Notes under the pieces: generated by a model
The model's input: the letters and a program-made list of their open reading frames with translations, nothing else
What the model was told of the DNA's origin: nothing
Databases searched by the model: none
IMG/VR virus record: IMGVR_UViG_3300004481_000333
Coordinates: 21,414 to 85,413 of that record
DNA length: 64,000 nucleotides
DNA from: a virus
Reading direction: 5' to 3' (one strand)
Made by a program: the position numbers and the translations under genes
Part shown: piece by piece, positions 18,475 to 29,001 of the stretch
How the letters are laid out: each line of letters begins with the position of its first letter
Position numbering within the stretch: position 1 is the first letter of the stretch

Positions 18475-19170
18475 ATGTCCATCATTCCCTCGACTGCCAG
18501 CAACTCCCTGTGGCGCGCAAGTGCACGAGACCAAGCTACCCTTGGAGCCGTCTGGGACGACCCCATCGCGCTCAATGTGGCCGTGGCAGATGGGGTCATG
18601 GGCAGCACCGACACGGAAGTGACGGAACAAACGTATGTCCTCACGGACTTCACGGGGGATCTGGTAGGAGCGGCAGGGGAACTCCTGGACGTCGCTTCCG
18701 GTACGAACGTTCCCCGTAGTCTGTCCATCACGACTACCGCGCAGTCGGCCGCCTACAACGTTACGGATCCCATTTTGGTCACGGGGACGTGGTGGTGGAC
18801 CGGAGTCGCGGTCACGTTGTCCGTCTATCTTACGGAAACGAATGGCAACGAGACGGTCTATTCACCCGACCTTTTGCTGGACCTGACCAACATCGTGGTG
18901 CCAGCACAGCTGCTCGACACCGGGTCCTTTACGGTGGGGTGTGGAACAGCTGTCGCAATGCTGGGAAACTTGTCTCCACACCGGAAGAATGGCGGAGGAT
19001 CACGCGGGATCTACGTTGGAACAACGGGAGTCTTGTCCGTGAAGTTGATGGAAAAGGCGTTTGCCGACGCCCCCGTCCCCTACACAAACTTCCCCGCCGG
19101 AATCGAGTCCCTGTGGATTCGGTCGATCCATGAGGCCACGACCGCCACCGGGTTGGTGAGGGTCTTGTGA
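18475..19170 (+). CDS. probable virion structural protein
   Basis: Thr/Val beta-rich, head module. Confidence 0.6.
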   Translation: MSIIPSTASNSLWRASARDQATLGAVWDDPIALNVAVADGVMGSTDTEVTEQTYVLTDFTGDLVGAAGELLDVASGTNVPRSLSITTTAQSAAYNVTDPILVTGTWWWTGVAVTLSVYLTETNGNETVYSPDLLLDLTNIVVPAQLLDTGSFTVGCGTAVAMLGNLSPHRKNGGGSRGIYVGTTGVLSVKLMEKAFADAPVPYTNFPAGIESLWIRSIHEATTATGLVRVL

Positions 19171-19649
19171 GCGAGTCGGCAGTCCCGACGCATTGCCCCG
19201 CATGTGGGCATGAGGTGCGGCGCGCCTCGTTCCAGATAAGCGAACAAGGGATGCAGCAGATTTGCAACAACTGCGCGCATCCGCTGGCACAGGCGCCCAT
19301 GATCGCAGATGTCCAGATGTTTGCCGATCCGCATCGGAAGGAACAGCTGCGCCAGACGAATCTTCCGTTCGTGATCCCAGAGGATGAAACACCCCAGGAG
19401 CGCCGCTTGGCGTCCCGGACGGAAAAGCAAGGAAGTCCTCCGCAAACGCTGCAACAAGCATCCAAGAAACGATTCACCCCTCGTAACTTCATCAAGGAAG
19501 CGAGGGCGGAGTTGAAGGCGCTGGACATCGAGATCAAGCGTCTGGAGTCCCTGAAGTCCCACCGGGCAGAGGTGGCGAGAATGCTCGAGGCGGCGAAGCA
19601 AATCGCCACCGAGAAGAAACCAGCGAAGCCGCTTAGGGCTATCGCGTAA
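19167..19649 (+). CDS. zinc-ribbon/coiled-coil protein
   Basis: CPACG...CNNC. Confidence 0.6.
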   Translation: MSESAVPTHCPACGHEVRRASFQISEQGMQQICNNCAHPLAQAPMIADVQMFADPHRKEQLRQTNLPFVIPEDETPQERRLASRTEKQGSPPQTLQQASKKRFTPRNFIKEARAELKALDIEIKRLESLKSHRAEVARMLEAAKQIATEKKPAKPLRAIA

Positions 19650-19677
19650 TCCCAACCACCCGAACCAGGAATCCCCA

Positions 19678-20121
19678 ATGGCGACTAAGTACGCAGTCCT
19701 TCGTGGCATCCAACTGCTCCAAGAGAACTTTTCCGGAAATGGCGTGCGACAGTGCGCGCTATGCACGTTCGATACGCCGGCCTACACGGCCAGCACGGAC
19801 CTCGACACCATGACGTTCAGCGGAGAACGCGACACCGGAACCGACGGGTCCCCAACGCTCGCGACCGCGATCCAAAACCAACGGCGCGACGGCAGGACCG
19901 TGACTCTGCGTGGCGGCATGTGTGTTCAAGCCGGGCTGAGTACCGCGGCTGCAGCGGTCTATGCCGGCTTCGTGACAACCAACCCGATCGGGTTCATGCA
20001 GGTGAGCAGTGGGAACCTGTTGGCCTCACTGACGAACGCCGCGGGGGCCGACACCACCGCAGCCGCTACCGCTGCACCCATCAGCATCGTGGTCGCTTAC
20101 GACCTCTCAGCCCAAACGTAA
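19678..20121 (+). CDS. probable structural protein
   Basis: AGGA RBS, head module. Confidence 0.6.
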   Translation: MATKYAVLRGIQLLQENFSGNGVRQCALCTFDTPAYTASTDLDTMTFSGERDTGTDGSPTLATAIQNQRRDGRTVTLRGGMCVQAGLSTAAAAVYAGFVTTNPIGFMQVSSGNLLASLTNAAGADTTAAATAAPISIVVAYDLSAQT

Positions 20122-20203
20122 CAGCGTGAATCGCTGGGCGCACGGTGCACCCGGCGTTCTCCCACCGCGACGACGGCGGAAAATCGGTCGATAGGAGACA
20201 CCC

Positions 20204-20992
20204 ATGCCCGAACCCAATGATCATCCTGGACGCGCACCCGCTACTTCTGAGACTCCAGTCGGAGGGGCGCCGCCTGCTGCGCCTCCTGCTGGAACTACCG
20301 CCGCTGGTGCGGCTCCGCCAGCAGCCGCGCCCCCTGCTGCGCCTCCCGCCGTGCCTCCCCCGGGGCAGCCAGTCCGGGTCGACGACATCCCGGAAGAGGC
20401 ACTGAAGCCCCGCCTGGCGAGGGAACGCGCAGCCGCCGAAACAGCGTTGCTGAAGAAGCTTGGAGTCAGCAAGCCCGAGGAACTGGACGCGATCGCGACC
20501 GAGCTGAAGGAACGGCGCGAGAAGGAAAAGACCGAGGCCCAAAAGGCCGCGGAAGCGACGCAAAAGCTGACAGAAGCGGAACAGAAGCTGGCGTCCAACT
20601 CCGAGACGATCAACTTCTATGCCCAGCACGAGCTGAAGCAGCTGACAGCGGAGCAGCAGACTGCCGTAAAGCAGCTGGCAGGGGATGACGGTGCATCACA
20701 GCTGCGTGCCATCGCGGCCCTGAGACCCACGTGGGGCGCCACGGCGGGCGTAACAGCTCCCCCAGGATCCCCACCGGGTGTTCCAAACCCGATCCCTGTT
20801 CCTCCACCGATGGCACCCGTTGTGCCCGCCACGACGGCCGTCCCCCCCGGAGCCCCGGCGCCAGCGGCCGCGCAACCTCCGGACCCACGCAAAGAGTACG
20901 AGCGTTTGTCGTCAAAGGACGGAAATCCGTTCCTTGCCGCCATGCACGCACAGCAACATTCACCCGACGTCATTTACGGACGTCGCACATAA
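20204..20992 (+). CDS. capsid scaffolding protein
   Basis: Pro/Ala ends, RLARER and KTEAQK coiled coil, directly before capsid. Confidence 0.75.
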   Translation: MPEPNDHPGRAPATSETPVGGAPPAAPPAGTTAAGAAPPAAAPPAAPPAVPPPGQPVRVDDIPEEALKPRLARERAAAETALLKKLGVSKPEELDAIATELKERREKEKTEAQKAAEATQKLTEAEQKLASNSETINFYAQHELKQLTAEQQTAVKQLAGDDGASQLRAIAALRPTWGATAGVTAPPGSPPGVPNPIPVPPPMAPVVPATTAVPPGAPAPAAAQPPDPRKEYERLSSKDGNPFLAAMHAQQHSPDVIYGRRT

Positions 20993-21060
20993 ACGGTCAC
21001 AACAACACAAGATCCCGCCTCCGTTCAAAGGGGCTCGGTTGCGGGTGAGAAGGAATAGCC

Positions 21061-22152
21061 ATGCCGCTTCTGACACGTCTGCACGTCCCCGAGGAATTCT
21101 ACGATCGCACCTCGGACATTCTTCTCGTCCAACCCGAGCCCCAATACACCATGGCTCAGCTGTGGCGCGTCGCCCTGATGGCGGCGATGCCAAACGTCGG
21201 CGACCTCATGAATCCTGGTCGCCCAGCGCTTCTGCAGAATGGGGCCCCGTACAGCCAGTTCGAACGCGACCAGCTCATGCTCGCCACCGGTTTGCCGGCG
21301 GAGATGTTCGCTACGCGCGTCAAGTGGGATGCGGAACCGGGTGACACCATCAGGTTCAACCGGCCCCAATATGCCAACACAACCTATACGCTGTCGTCTC
21401 GGCAGATCGGTCGTGGGGTAACGATCAGCACGACCCCCATCGCGATCAACTCCGAGCAAGCGGCGCTGACGCTGGGCCGATTCGGTGGACCCTACGACCA
21501 GGAGAACGGACGCGTCGCTCCTCTTGGCCTCGATACGTTCGATTGGTCCATGGGCGTCCACAAGGTGGAAGACATGGTTGGGTCGCAGATGCGTCGCGAC
21601 TTCACGCGGTTTATCGACACTGCGTTGACGCTCCTGCTGGACAACGGCTCGGTCCTGCGCCCGGCTGGTATGACGGACGACAATACTCCGACTACTGCCG
21701 ACGATTTCGGTCTGGACGTGGATGTTTGCCAGAAAACCCGCCAGTCACTGGTGGACGGCAACGTCGCATCGTTTGCTGACGGCCGGTACATCCTGAAGAT
21801 CACGCCGACGCAGCGGCGCCAGATCGAGGCCACGCGAGACTGGCAGACTTTGTCGAAGTTCCACCCAGAATACAACGCCCTGTTCCCCAAGACCTATGTT
21901 GGAGACTTCCTGGGATTCCACGTGCTGGAGTGCACGACCAACACGACTGCGGCCAATACGAGTTCCATTACGATCAACTACGCACAGGCGTTTGGTCGCG
22001 ACGTCTTCTTGGCGGGTCTTGGCAAAGCCATGCCGGGCGTCTATCCCGCGTCGGACGACAACTACGGCCAGACACCGAAAGCCATCTGGCTCGCGTTCCT
22101 CGCCTTGGGGCTCGCGGATTCGCGACTCTGCCGCAGCATCCACACCGGATAA
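21061..22152 (+). CDS. major capsid protein
   Basis: 363 aa; PGDTIRF, YGQ..KAIW; synteny. Confidence 0.8.
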   Translation: MPLLTRLHVPEEFYDRTSDILLVQPEPQYTMAQLWRVALMAAMPNVGDLMNPGRPALLQNGAPYSQFERDQLMLATGLPAEMFATRVKWDAEPGDTIRFNRPQYANTTYTLSSRQIGRGVTISTTPIAINSEQAALTLGRFGGPYDQENGRVAPLGLDTFDWSMGVHKVEDMVGSQMRRDFTRFIDTALTLLLDNGSVLRPAGMTDDNTPTTADDFGLDVDVCQKTRQSLVDGNVASFADGRYILKITPTQRRQIEATRDWQTLSKFHPEYNALFPKTYVGDFLGFHVLECTTNTTAANTSSITINYAQAFGRDVFLAGLGKAMPGVYPASDDNYGQTPKAIWLAFLALGLADSRLCRSIHTG

Positions 22153-22190
22153 CGGCAACCCCATCAGGTTAGAGACGAAGGAAAAGCAAG

Positions 22191-22592
22191 ATGAACGCAA
22201 GAGTCCGATTCCAGGTCTCGGGGTCTACCGGGACCGCAAACACACAATCGGTTGGCTACAACGTCGACGGCACCGCGCTGGCCGTCGGCACCGACCGATC
22301 CGGGAGACCCAAGCCCGGAACGCTTGCCGCCTACGTGGAGGCAGACTGCACCGGAAGCGTCACATGGACGCCGGCGTGGCGTGTCAGCGACGACAATACC
22401 ACGTTCTACAACCTGGCGGTGGAGGGCAATGTGGCCGAGACCGCGATTAGCGTCACGACTACGGGTCGCATGTTGTCTGCCCCGCAGGCGGTGCATGGAT
22501 TCCGCTACGCGCGGCTTCGGTTGACCACCGGTGGCGCGACTGGCGTCACGGCAAACGTCTGCGAAATCTCGTACTGCTACACCGTCGAGTAA
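22191..22592 (+). CDS. probable head decoration protein
   Basis: Beta-rich, FRYARL motif, after capsid. Confidence 0.55.
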   Translation: MNARVRFQVSGSTGTANTQSVGYNVDGTALAVGTDRSGRPKPGTLAAYVEADCTGSVTWTPAWRVSDDNTTFYNLAVEGNVAETAISVTTTGRMLSAPQAVHGFRYARLRLTTGGATGVTANVCEISYCYTVE

Positions 22593-22605
22593 GGCCCGAT
22601 CCACG

Positions 22606-23214
22606 ATGCCGCTCTCGACCGCCGAACTGGACCGGATCCGCACCGAGCTTGGGGTCAACGCCCTGTTGATCGGTGCGGAGCCCTACATCGGCGTCTATGC
22701 GGTGTTCGAGCAGGTGATCCAGCCATACCTTAGGGAGGGAGCCGATACGACTTCCTCAACCGACGTCACGGCATCCCCAGCAGGGGAGGTCGTGACCTTG
22801 ACGCTCGCCAGCGCGACGGGCTTCTCGGCGCATGACCAGGTCGTGATCGATGTAGACGACTTCGAGGAGAGAGCGACCATTCGAGCCGTCGGGGTGCCGA
22901 CCATTTCAGTGATCTTACGCAAGGCCCACAGTGCCCCGTTCCCCGTGACCGTTGACGGTGGGCTTGTGATTGTACGTGAGTGCCTGAAGCGCATTCGCGA
23001 GGCCAAACTGAAGATCAGCCGTCTACACCCCGGCTCCGGAGCCCTCAAGAAGGTCGACGAGATCGAGTTCCATGCCCCCGGCAACAAGACATCTATCGGG
23101 ACCGCAACCGAGATGTTGACCCTGTGGAGGCAAGAATTGGCGTTGGCTTTGGGACTCGATGGAATCCTGAAGCAAAAACGTAGGGGCTCCGGAGGATCGG
23201 TCGTCCTCTACTGA
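22606..23214 (+). CDS. probable head-tail adaptor
   Basis: LKKVDEIEF; synteny. Confidence 0.6.
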   Translation: MPLSTAELDRIRTELGVNALLIGAEPYIGVYAVFEQVIQPYLREGADTTSSTDVTASPAGEVVTLTLASATGFSAHDQVVIDVDDFEERATIRAVGVPTISVILRKAHSAPFPVTVDGGLVIVRECLKRIREAKLKISRLHPGSGALKKVDEIEFHAPGNKTSIGTATEMLTLWRQELALALGLDGILKQKRRGSGGSVVLY

Positions 23215-23226
23215 ACAACAGACTCT

Positions 23227-23268
23227 GGCCGGCCCGGCGAAGTCTGCCCCTTCTTAGCCGGGCCGGCC
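23227..23268 (+). terminator. strong intergenic hairpin (terminator or processing site)
   Basis: GGCCGGCCCGGC/GCCGGGCCGGCC 12-bp stem, no T-tract. Confidence 0.45.
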
Positions 23269-23278
23269 GAGAACCACC

Positions 23279-23728
23279 ATGGCGACCCTCCTGGATGACC
23301 TGCGCGAGCTGGCGGACGAGACGCGCGGTATCGCTGAAACCGACATCCCGATCCGCACGACCCAGGTGACGGTCCGGCGTCGTGTGTGGGACACAGCCAT
23401 CGGGACTGGCAGCTATCGAGACTTCGACCTTGTGATGCCGCAGCGCTACCCAGTGCGGAACATGACGTCCAAGGAGATCAGTGCAAGCGGTGGCCGATAC
23501 TCGACTGAAGACCTGAAGTGGGGCCCCATCACGCCGAGCTTCGAGGGCGGCGGCGGCTATGCCCTGGCGGACATTTGCCCCCGCGCTGAACCGGGATTAG
23601 AGCACCGGACCCAGATTTTCTACCTCCTAACAGGCGCTGTGACGGGGGAATACAAGCTGGATTCGTTCAGCAGTACCAGACCGTTCCGCTACATGGTAGT
23701 TTTGCTTCGGTCACGCAGAACACCCTAG
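23279..23728 (+). CDS. probable head closure protein
   Basis: Size and synteny. Confidence 0.55.
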   Translation: MATLLDDLRELADETRGIAETDIPIRTTQVTVRRRVWDTAIGTGSYRDFDLVMPQRYPVRNMTSKEISASGGRYSTEDLKWGPITPSFEGGGGYALADICPRAEPGLEHRTQIFYLLTGAVTGEYKLDSFSSTRPFRYMVVLLRSRRTP

Positions 23729-23757
23729 GAAGAACGCCAACCGGGCAGAGGTTGAGC

Positions 23758-24939
23758 ATGGAAAAGCCGAGCATCTGCCTCGTCATGATGGTCAAGGACG
23801 AGGCCAACGTAATCGAGCGCGCCCTGGAATCGTGCCGCAACGTAGTTCAGGACTTCGTCATCACGGACACCGGGAGCCGGGACGGCACTCAAGACGTGAT
23901 CCGCAGTTGGGCGGCCCGTCATGGGGTCCCGGGCACAGTGGTGGATGGAGAATGGTTGGGATGGGGAGGGAGCCGTACCAGGGCATGGGGGAATGCTCAA
24001 TCCCAATCCAAGTCCGTCTATGGCCTTATCCTTGACGCGGATGATGTCGTTGAGGCGTCCGGCCCCATCAACTTCCGAGACCCGGCAGACGGGTACTACG
24101 TCCGGATCACGAAGGACGTGTGCTCGTGGAGGCGGCCCGACATCCTTCGGATCCAGCATCCGTGGAAGTGGGAAGGTGCGGACCACCCAAAGCTCCTGAG
24201 CCCGTCCCAGGTGGGATTCGGCAAGTGCCCGGAGTTCAGAATTCGTGTCTACCCCGATGGGTCGCGGACAACCACCCAACCCAACCCGTGGAGTAAGTTC
24301 ATCCACGGAGCCGACCTGTTGCGGCACGACCTGGAGGACAACCCTGGGGACGAACGCGCAACCTATTACTTGGCGCAGAACCTGCGGGACGCAGCTTTGG
24401 CGGCCCTATCCCTGGTTGAAGGAACACGCCAAGAAAATGGCGTCGAAGCGGGGACTCAGGCGGCTATCAACCTGGGCCGGCAGTGGTTCACCGAGTCATT
24501 GGCCTGGTACAAGAAGCGGATCTTGCTGGGCGGCTTCGAAGAGGAGCGCTGGCAGGCCATGTGGGCCATCGGCTGCATTCTGGACGAGCTGGGACGTGAC
24601 ATCGAGGTTCCCAGTACGCTCCTGGCTGCCTACCAGATGCGCCCATGGCGTTCGGAGCCCCTGGTCTGCCTGGCAGAGCACTACCGGAATCGGGGGTGGA
24701 ATGACGCGGCCCTGCTGGTGGCCAAGCAGGCTGTGACGCTGCCGTATCCCGAAGACGATCTGCTCCCCGTGCGGGATGACTTCTACGAGTGGGGCGCGCA
24801 GTTCGCCTATGCCCACGCGCTGGCCTCCACGGGACAGAAGGATTTGGCGTCGGCCATTCGGAAGTGCGGGCATGGGTGGCCGGCAGAGGCCCAACAGGAG
24901 CTGGACGAGCTGCTTGCAGGGGGATCTCATGGGACTTGA
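23758..24939 (+). CDS. family 2 glycosyltransferase with TPR
   Basis: ICLVMMVKDE, DTGSRDGT, ILDADD, YYLAQ, AYQMRPWRSEP. Confidence 0.9.
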   Translation: MEKPSICLVMMVKDEANVIERALESCRNVVQDFVITDTGSRDGTQDVIRSWAARHGVPGTVVDGEWLGWGGSRTRAWGNAQSQSKSVYGLILDADDVVEASGPINFRDPADGYYVRITKDVCSWRRPDILRIQHPWKWEGADHPKLLSPSQVGFGKCPEFRIRVYPDGSRTTTQPNPWSKFIHGADLLRHDLEDNPGDERATYYLAQNLRDAALAALSLVEGTRQENGVEAGTQAAINLGRQWFTESLAWYKKRILLGGFEEERWQAMWAIGCILDELGRDIEVPSTLLAAYQMRPWRSEPLVCLAEHYRNRGWNDAALLVAKQAVTLPYPEDDLLPVRDDFYEWGAQFAYAHALASTGQKDLASAIRKCGHGWPAEAQQELDELLAGGSHGT

Positions 24940-25059
24940 GACCTTCTCGTGGTACCAGAGGATATGGTGCTACGTTCGGTATCGGCTCGGCTTGTCTATT
25001 CGGCTTCCGAAGCGTTTCTTCGACGAATGCTCATCGGCGATGCGGCGACTGGGGGTACC

Positions 25060-25395
25060 ATGATCCGAAGCTGCACGATCCACAAGGGACCCATGGTGCT
25101 CGAGAAGCACCGATCAGGAAGGACGAACGCGGACCGATATGTAGAACGCCTGGTACTTGATGTGCGACTACCACTCGAGCTGCGGGTCACCAGTACGTCC
25201 AAGCGCATTGGCGACCACTTCGAGTGCGACATCCACACGCGGTGGACCCCCAAAACAGTGAACCTTGCGCGAACAGCGCTGGAACTGTTGAGCACGATTG
25301 CGCACTCCAAAAAAGGAAATACAACCATGTGCAACACCAAAGGCAAGGTCGGAACCAAGGGCAGCAAGGGCGGACGTAAGGGCAAGGGCAAGTAG
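25060..25395 (+). CDS. hypothetical protein (possible internal 22-aa Lys/Gly peptide from 25327)
   Basis: AAGGA before in-frame ATG 25327. Confidence 0.45.
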   Translation: MIRSCTIHKGPMVLEKHRSGRTNADRYVERLVLDVRLPLELRVTSTSKRIGDHFECDIHTRWTPKTVNLARTALELLSTIAHSKKGNTTMCNTKGKVGTKGSKGGRKGKGK

Positions 25396-25416
25396 TCGAG
25401 ACAGCAAGGGGCAACC

Positions 25417-26133
25417 ATGGAAATCGAACTGCTGGGTCAGAAGGTAGAGGGAGAATCCGAGTTCACGGCATCAAGAGGAGGATACCAAATCCTTCTTTCC
25501 CCTGGAGTTGGGACGTTGTTTTACGGCACGTCACCGTGCATGACGGTGAGAAGCGATGACATCCACGAAATGGCTCGCCAGCTTGAGGCGAAAGCACGAG
25601 AACTCTGGTCAGAGGAACAGGACTGGTTCGGCGGTAGAACACCCAGCAAATCTCCGGAGTTCCCAAATCCCGATGACGTGGTCGTAAAGAACCACAATGG
25701 TCTAGAGGTCACCTGCACGCGAGATCCGAATCCGAACCGCATCGCCCGCACGATGGTTGATGACATGAGTAAAGTCATCAGGGTTCGTGGGAAGCCAGCG
25801 GCGGCGCCGGTGAATCCTCAGTTGCTTCCAGAGCGGTCAGAAGAGATCTTCGCGAAGACGGCACCTCAGTGTCAACATGACCTCAAGCTCTTTGAGGACG
25901 ACATGATTCGGAGGTTGGATACGTCTCAGATCGACAAGCTAGCGACATTCCTCCTGGCGCACGATCTGATGCCCAAGGGATTCGAAGGCGGAGCGATCGA
26001 CTGCGCGATCGAACTGCTCAAAGCGTTCTATCTTCACCCTCCTGCCGCATCCAATCCGAGTACCATAGCCCCAAGTGACCGAGTATCGCGTCAAGAGCTT
26101 CGGAGAAGCCTACCGGCTGATGAACCGGCATAA
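25417..26133 (+). CDS. mosaic hypothetical protein
   Basis: Contains NPNRIARTMVDD, shared with tape measure C-terminus. Confidence 0.6.
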   Translation: MEIELLGQKVEGESEFTASRGGYQILLSPGVGTLFYGTSPCMTVRSDDIHEMARQLEAKARELWSEEQDWFGGRTPSKSPEFPNPDDVVVKNHNGLEVTCTRDPNPNRIARTMVDDMSKVIRVRGKPAAAPVNPQLLPERSEEIFAKTAPQCQHDLKLFEDDMIRRLDTSQIDKLATFLLAHDLMPKGFEGGAIDCAIELLKAFYLHPPAASNPSTIAPSDRVSRQELRRSLPADEPA

Positions 26134-26638
26134 CCGGCAGCGGGAACGTCGGATCCAGAATGCCATTGCGGCGACTGCGCGGGAAGGCGCGAATCATGTC
26201 CGGCACAACGTTCCGGTGGCGTTCAGCGAACTCCGGGACAGCGTGCACGCTGAAGGGCACCGGATCGTGGCAGACGCCCCCCACGCGGCCCCGGTAGAGA
26301 CCGGAAGCCGCCCCCACTGGCCCCCCCTGGCCCCCCTGATCGCTTGGGTGAAGCTCCGGGGAATGCAGGCCCTGAACGCTCGAGGCGAGGTGAAGCCCAG
26401 CAAGCGCTTGGCCGGCACCACTAGCCGCCGGCACGCTCTGGCCGTGGGTTTTCAGCTCGGACTACTGCGGGTCCAGCGGGGCGTGGCGGACATTGGGGAC
26501 CCGGTTCGGGTAGCGAAACGGATCCAGCTAGCGATCGCACAACACGGGACGAAACCTCACTGGTACATGCGGAGCGCGGTGCCACACGTGGTTCAGGTCC
26601 TGGACCGTCTGATTCAAGCGGCGATGCCGGACAAGTAG
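26075..26638 (+). CDS. tail completion protein (HK97 gp10-like)
   Basis: PVAFSELRDS, HAAPVETGSRPH, HGTKPHWYMR. Confidence 0.75.
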   Translation: MTEYRVKSFGEAYRLMNRHNRQRERRIQNAIAATAREGANHVRHNVPVAFSELRDSVHAEGHRIVADAPHAAPVETGSRPHWPPLAPLIAWVKLRGMQALNARGEVKPSKRLAGTTSRRHALAVGFQLGLLRVQRGVADIGDPVRVAKRIQLAIAQHGTKPHWYMRSAVPHVVQVLDRLIQAAMPDK

Positions 26639-26703
26639 ACACCGGCGAAAGGGGCAAAATGAAAACAACGAAAGCGCACTTCGCGCTGCTCCCGTAGTAC
26701 ACC

Positions 26704-27351
26704 ATGCCAGAAGCCATCCAGGAAGTGGTCGTGAACGCGCTAGTGCGCTTCATCGCGGCCCAGATGCCGGATGCGCAAGTGACGGCTCATTGGCCAGAGG
26801 CCGACCAGGACCTGCCGCCTCGTGGCATCACGGTCCTTGCCGCCGGGGATCCCGTGACGGACCCCATGGCTCCGCAGGTCGAGGACTACACGGCCGTTGA
26901 CGCCACGACGGGACTCTACACGTGGTCTTTCAGTTTCTGCACTCAGCCGTTGCAGATCGAGATCTGGACCCAGAGTCGCATGGAGCGGGCACACATGAAG
27001 GACCAGCTCAACACGACGCTGCACCTGGGTGAGCTCTTCACGCTGGGCAGCGGCGATCCGGTACGGCACGGGGTCCTACTCCGGCTCGAGCCGAGCCTGG
27101 ATGGATTCGAAGGGTTCGTCGACTGCGATTTCGACCTAGCAACGGACAACGATTCGCCATTTGCGGTACGAGCCGACGAACGTCGCGCGACCGTGACGGG
27201 CGAGGCAAACTTCATCGTTAGCATCCAAGCACAGAGTCCGCGACTTCTGGCGGACGCGATGGGTCGCACGCAGGCCCGGCTCCGGATGCTGATCGACGGA
27301 CAGAGCGCGGATAACGCCACGAGTGGCGAGCGCACAAGCGTCCCGGGCTGA
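26704..27351 (+). CDS. tail/sheath terminator protein
   Basis: LQIEIWT; directly before sheath. Confidence 0.6.
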   Translation: MPEAIQEVVVNALVRFIAAQMPDAQVTAHWPEADQDLPPRGITVLAAGDPVTDPMAPQVEDYTAVDATTGLYTWSFSFCTQPLQIEIWTQSRMERAHMKDQLNTTLHLGELFTLGSGDPVRHGVLLRLEPSLDGFEGFVDCDFDLATDNDSPFAVRADERRATVTGEANFIVSIQAQSPRLLADAMGRTQARLRMLIDGQSADNATSGERTSVPG

Positions 27352-27446
27352 TCCGCTAACCCTCCTGCCAACCAAAAGTCATCATCTCGGGCTGGGGCAC
27401 CCCGGGAATGTGAGCAAAGCACCCAACCCACACACGAGGGCTTTCT

Positions 27447-28982
27447 ATGGCTCTATTCGTGACCTCGACTTCTAGCATCTCGATGCATGGCGCCTACGCC
27501 ATCGAGCGAGAACCACCGGCACTCATCCGCGGTGCCGGGACCGCGGTGGCTTGCATTGTAGGGCAGTTCCCATGGGGACCAAGCTATCGAGACACGACCC
27601 CTACCCGGGCCCCCTACATCTCGACCGACATCAACGACTTGGTCTTGACGTTTGCGCCGCCCGGTATGGACCGCACGGGGTCGGGGTACTTGGCGTTCAT
27701 TCGCAAGTACTGGCCGGATCTGCGACCCATCCGGGTTGTGGGCACGACCGCCGCCGCCGCATCAGCCAACCTGGTAGATGGCGCAACAACCATCTGTGTC
27801 GCGACGCTGAAGTACTGTGGAACCGCTGGCAACTCCGTCACGTTTGACGTCACGGACGCGAGTGATGGAGACGCAACCCACTTCAACCTCGTAGTTACAA
27901 TCACAGGCGCTAGCGGCACCTATACCGAGACGGTACACAACATCAACGCTTCGGGAGGGACGTTCGTTTCCCCGACTGAACTCACGACGTGTCGTCTTCT
28001 GGGCACCATCACGCGATCCAACACGGGTCGCCCGGACAACATCACAGGAAGCGCGTTCTCGGGTGGTGTGACAGGCACAATCAACTCCACGCAGTACATC
28101 GGTACTGCTGGAAGTGGTGACTTCGGCATCGCTGGCGCCGAAAACGACGATTCCGTGTCCGTCATCTTCGCCGATGACCCTGGCGACACGGACCGCGCGG
28201 CCGTCATGGCCGGGATCGTGGCACACGCGACCCTCATGGGAGACCGACGCGCTATCATCCACGTGGACTCCGGAATCACGGTCATCGCGACTCTGCGGGC
28301 GGACGCCATCCTGACGGGAAACCGAAACTGGCAGACAGCTTTGGTTGACCCGTGGGTGACGATCAAAGACGACATCGACAGCACGGCCCGCACGGTTCCG
28401 GGTGACTCGTTCTTGGCCAGCGTGTTGTGCCAACTGCCTCCGTCCACATCGGCAGCGTTCAAGAACTCGATGGTGCGCGACATGCTGCGCCACATCGTGA
28501 GCCTAGAGACACCGCGTGGTCTCGCAGCCGGAACAAACGCTGACTATGGCATCACAACCATCCGGCCCCACAAGAAAGGTGGTTGGTGCTTCGAGGCGTG
28601 CGTCACCACGCTGGCTCCATCCAATCCTGCGAAGCGGCTCTTCACTCGGACTGGCATGGGGATCTACATCGCCAAGTCGTGGTCCGACAGCGTGCAAGAG
28701 TGGGTCGACGCCCCGAACGTGCAGGCTATCCAGGACGAGCTGATCCTGAGCCTCGATGCCTTCATGCAGACGCTGAAAAAGAACGCGACGACGGACCCCA
28801 TCCATCTGCCGCACGTCATCGACTACGGCATTCTGGACCCACAGGGGTTCAATGACTCACAGTCAATAGCGAACGGGTTCTACTACATCCCGCTGGATGT
28901 CCAGACGTCGTCCGGCATGGAGAAACTGATTCTGACGTTGCGCTTCGGCGAGAACGTCACGATCGATGCCGCCAACCGCTAA
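27447..28982 (+). CDS. tail sheath protein
   Basis: GAYAIE, IVGQFPWGP, KYCGTAGN; 511 aa. Confidence 0.9.
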   Translation: MALFVTSTSSISMHGAYAIEREPPALIRGAGTAVACIVGQFPWGPSYRDTTPTRAPYISTDINDLVLTFAPPGMDRTGSGYLAFIRKYWPDLRPIRVVGTTAAAASANLVDGATTICVATLKYCGTAGNSVTFDVTDASDGDATHFNLVVTITGASGTYTETVHNINASGGTFVSPTELTTCRLLGTITRSNTGRPDNITGSAFSGGVTGTINSTQYIGTAGSGDFGIAGAENDDSVSVIFADDPGDTDRAAVMAGIVAHATLMGDRRAIIHVDSGITVIATLRADAILTGNRNWQTALVDPWVTIKDDIDSTARTVPGDSFLASVLCQLPPSTSAAFKNSMVRDMLRHIVSLETPRGLAAGTNADYGITTIRPHKKGGWCFEACVTTLAPSNPAKRLFTRTGMGIYIAKSWSDSVQEWVDAPNVQAIQDELILSLDAFMQTLKKNATTDPIHLPHVIDYGILDPQGFNDSQSIANGFYYIPLDVQTSSGMEKLILTLRFGENVTIDAANR

Positions 28983-29001
28983 CCGCTGAGGGTAAAGAAC
29001 G

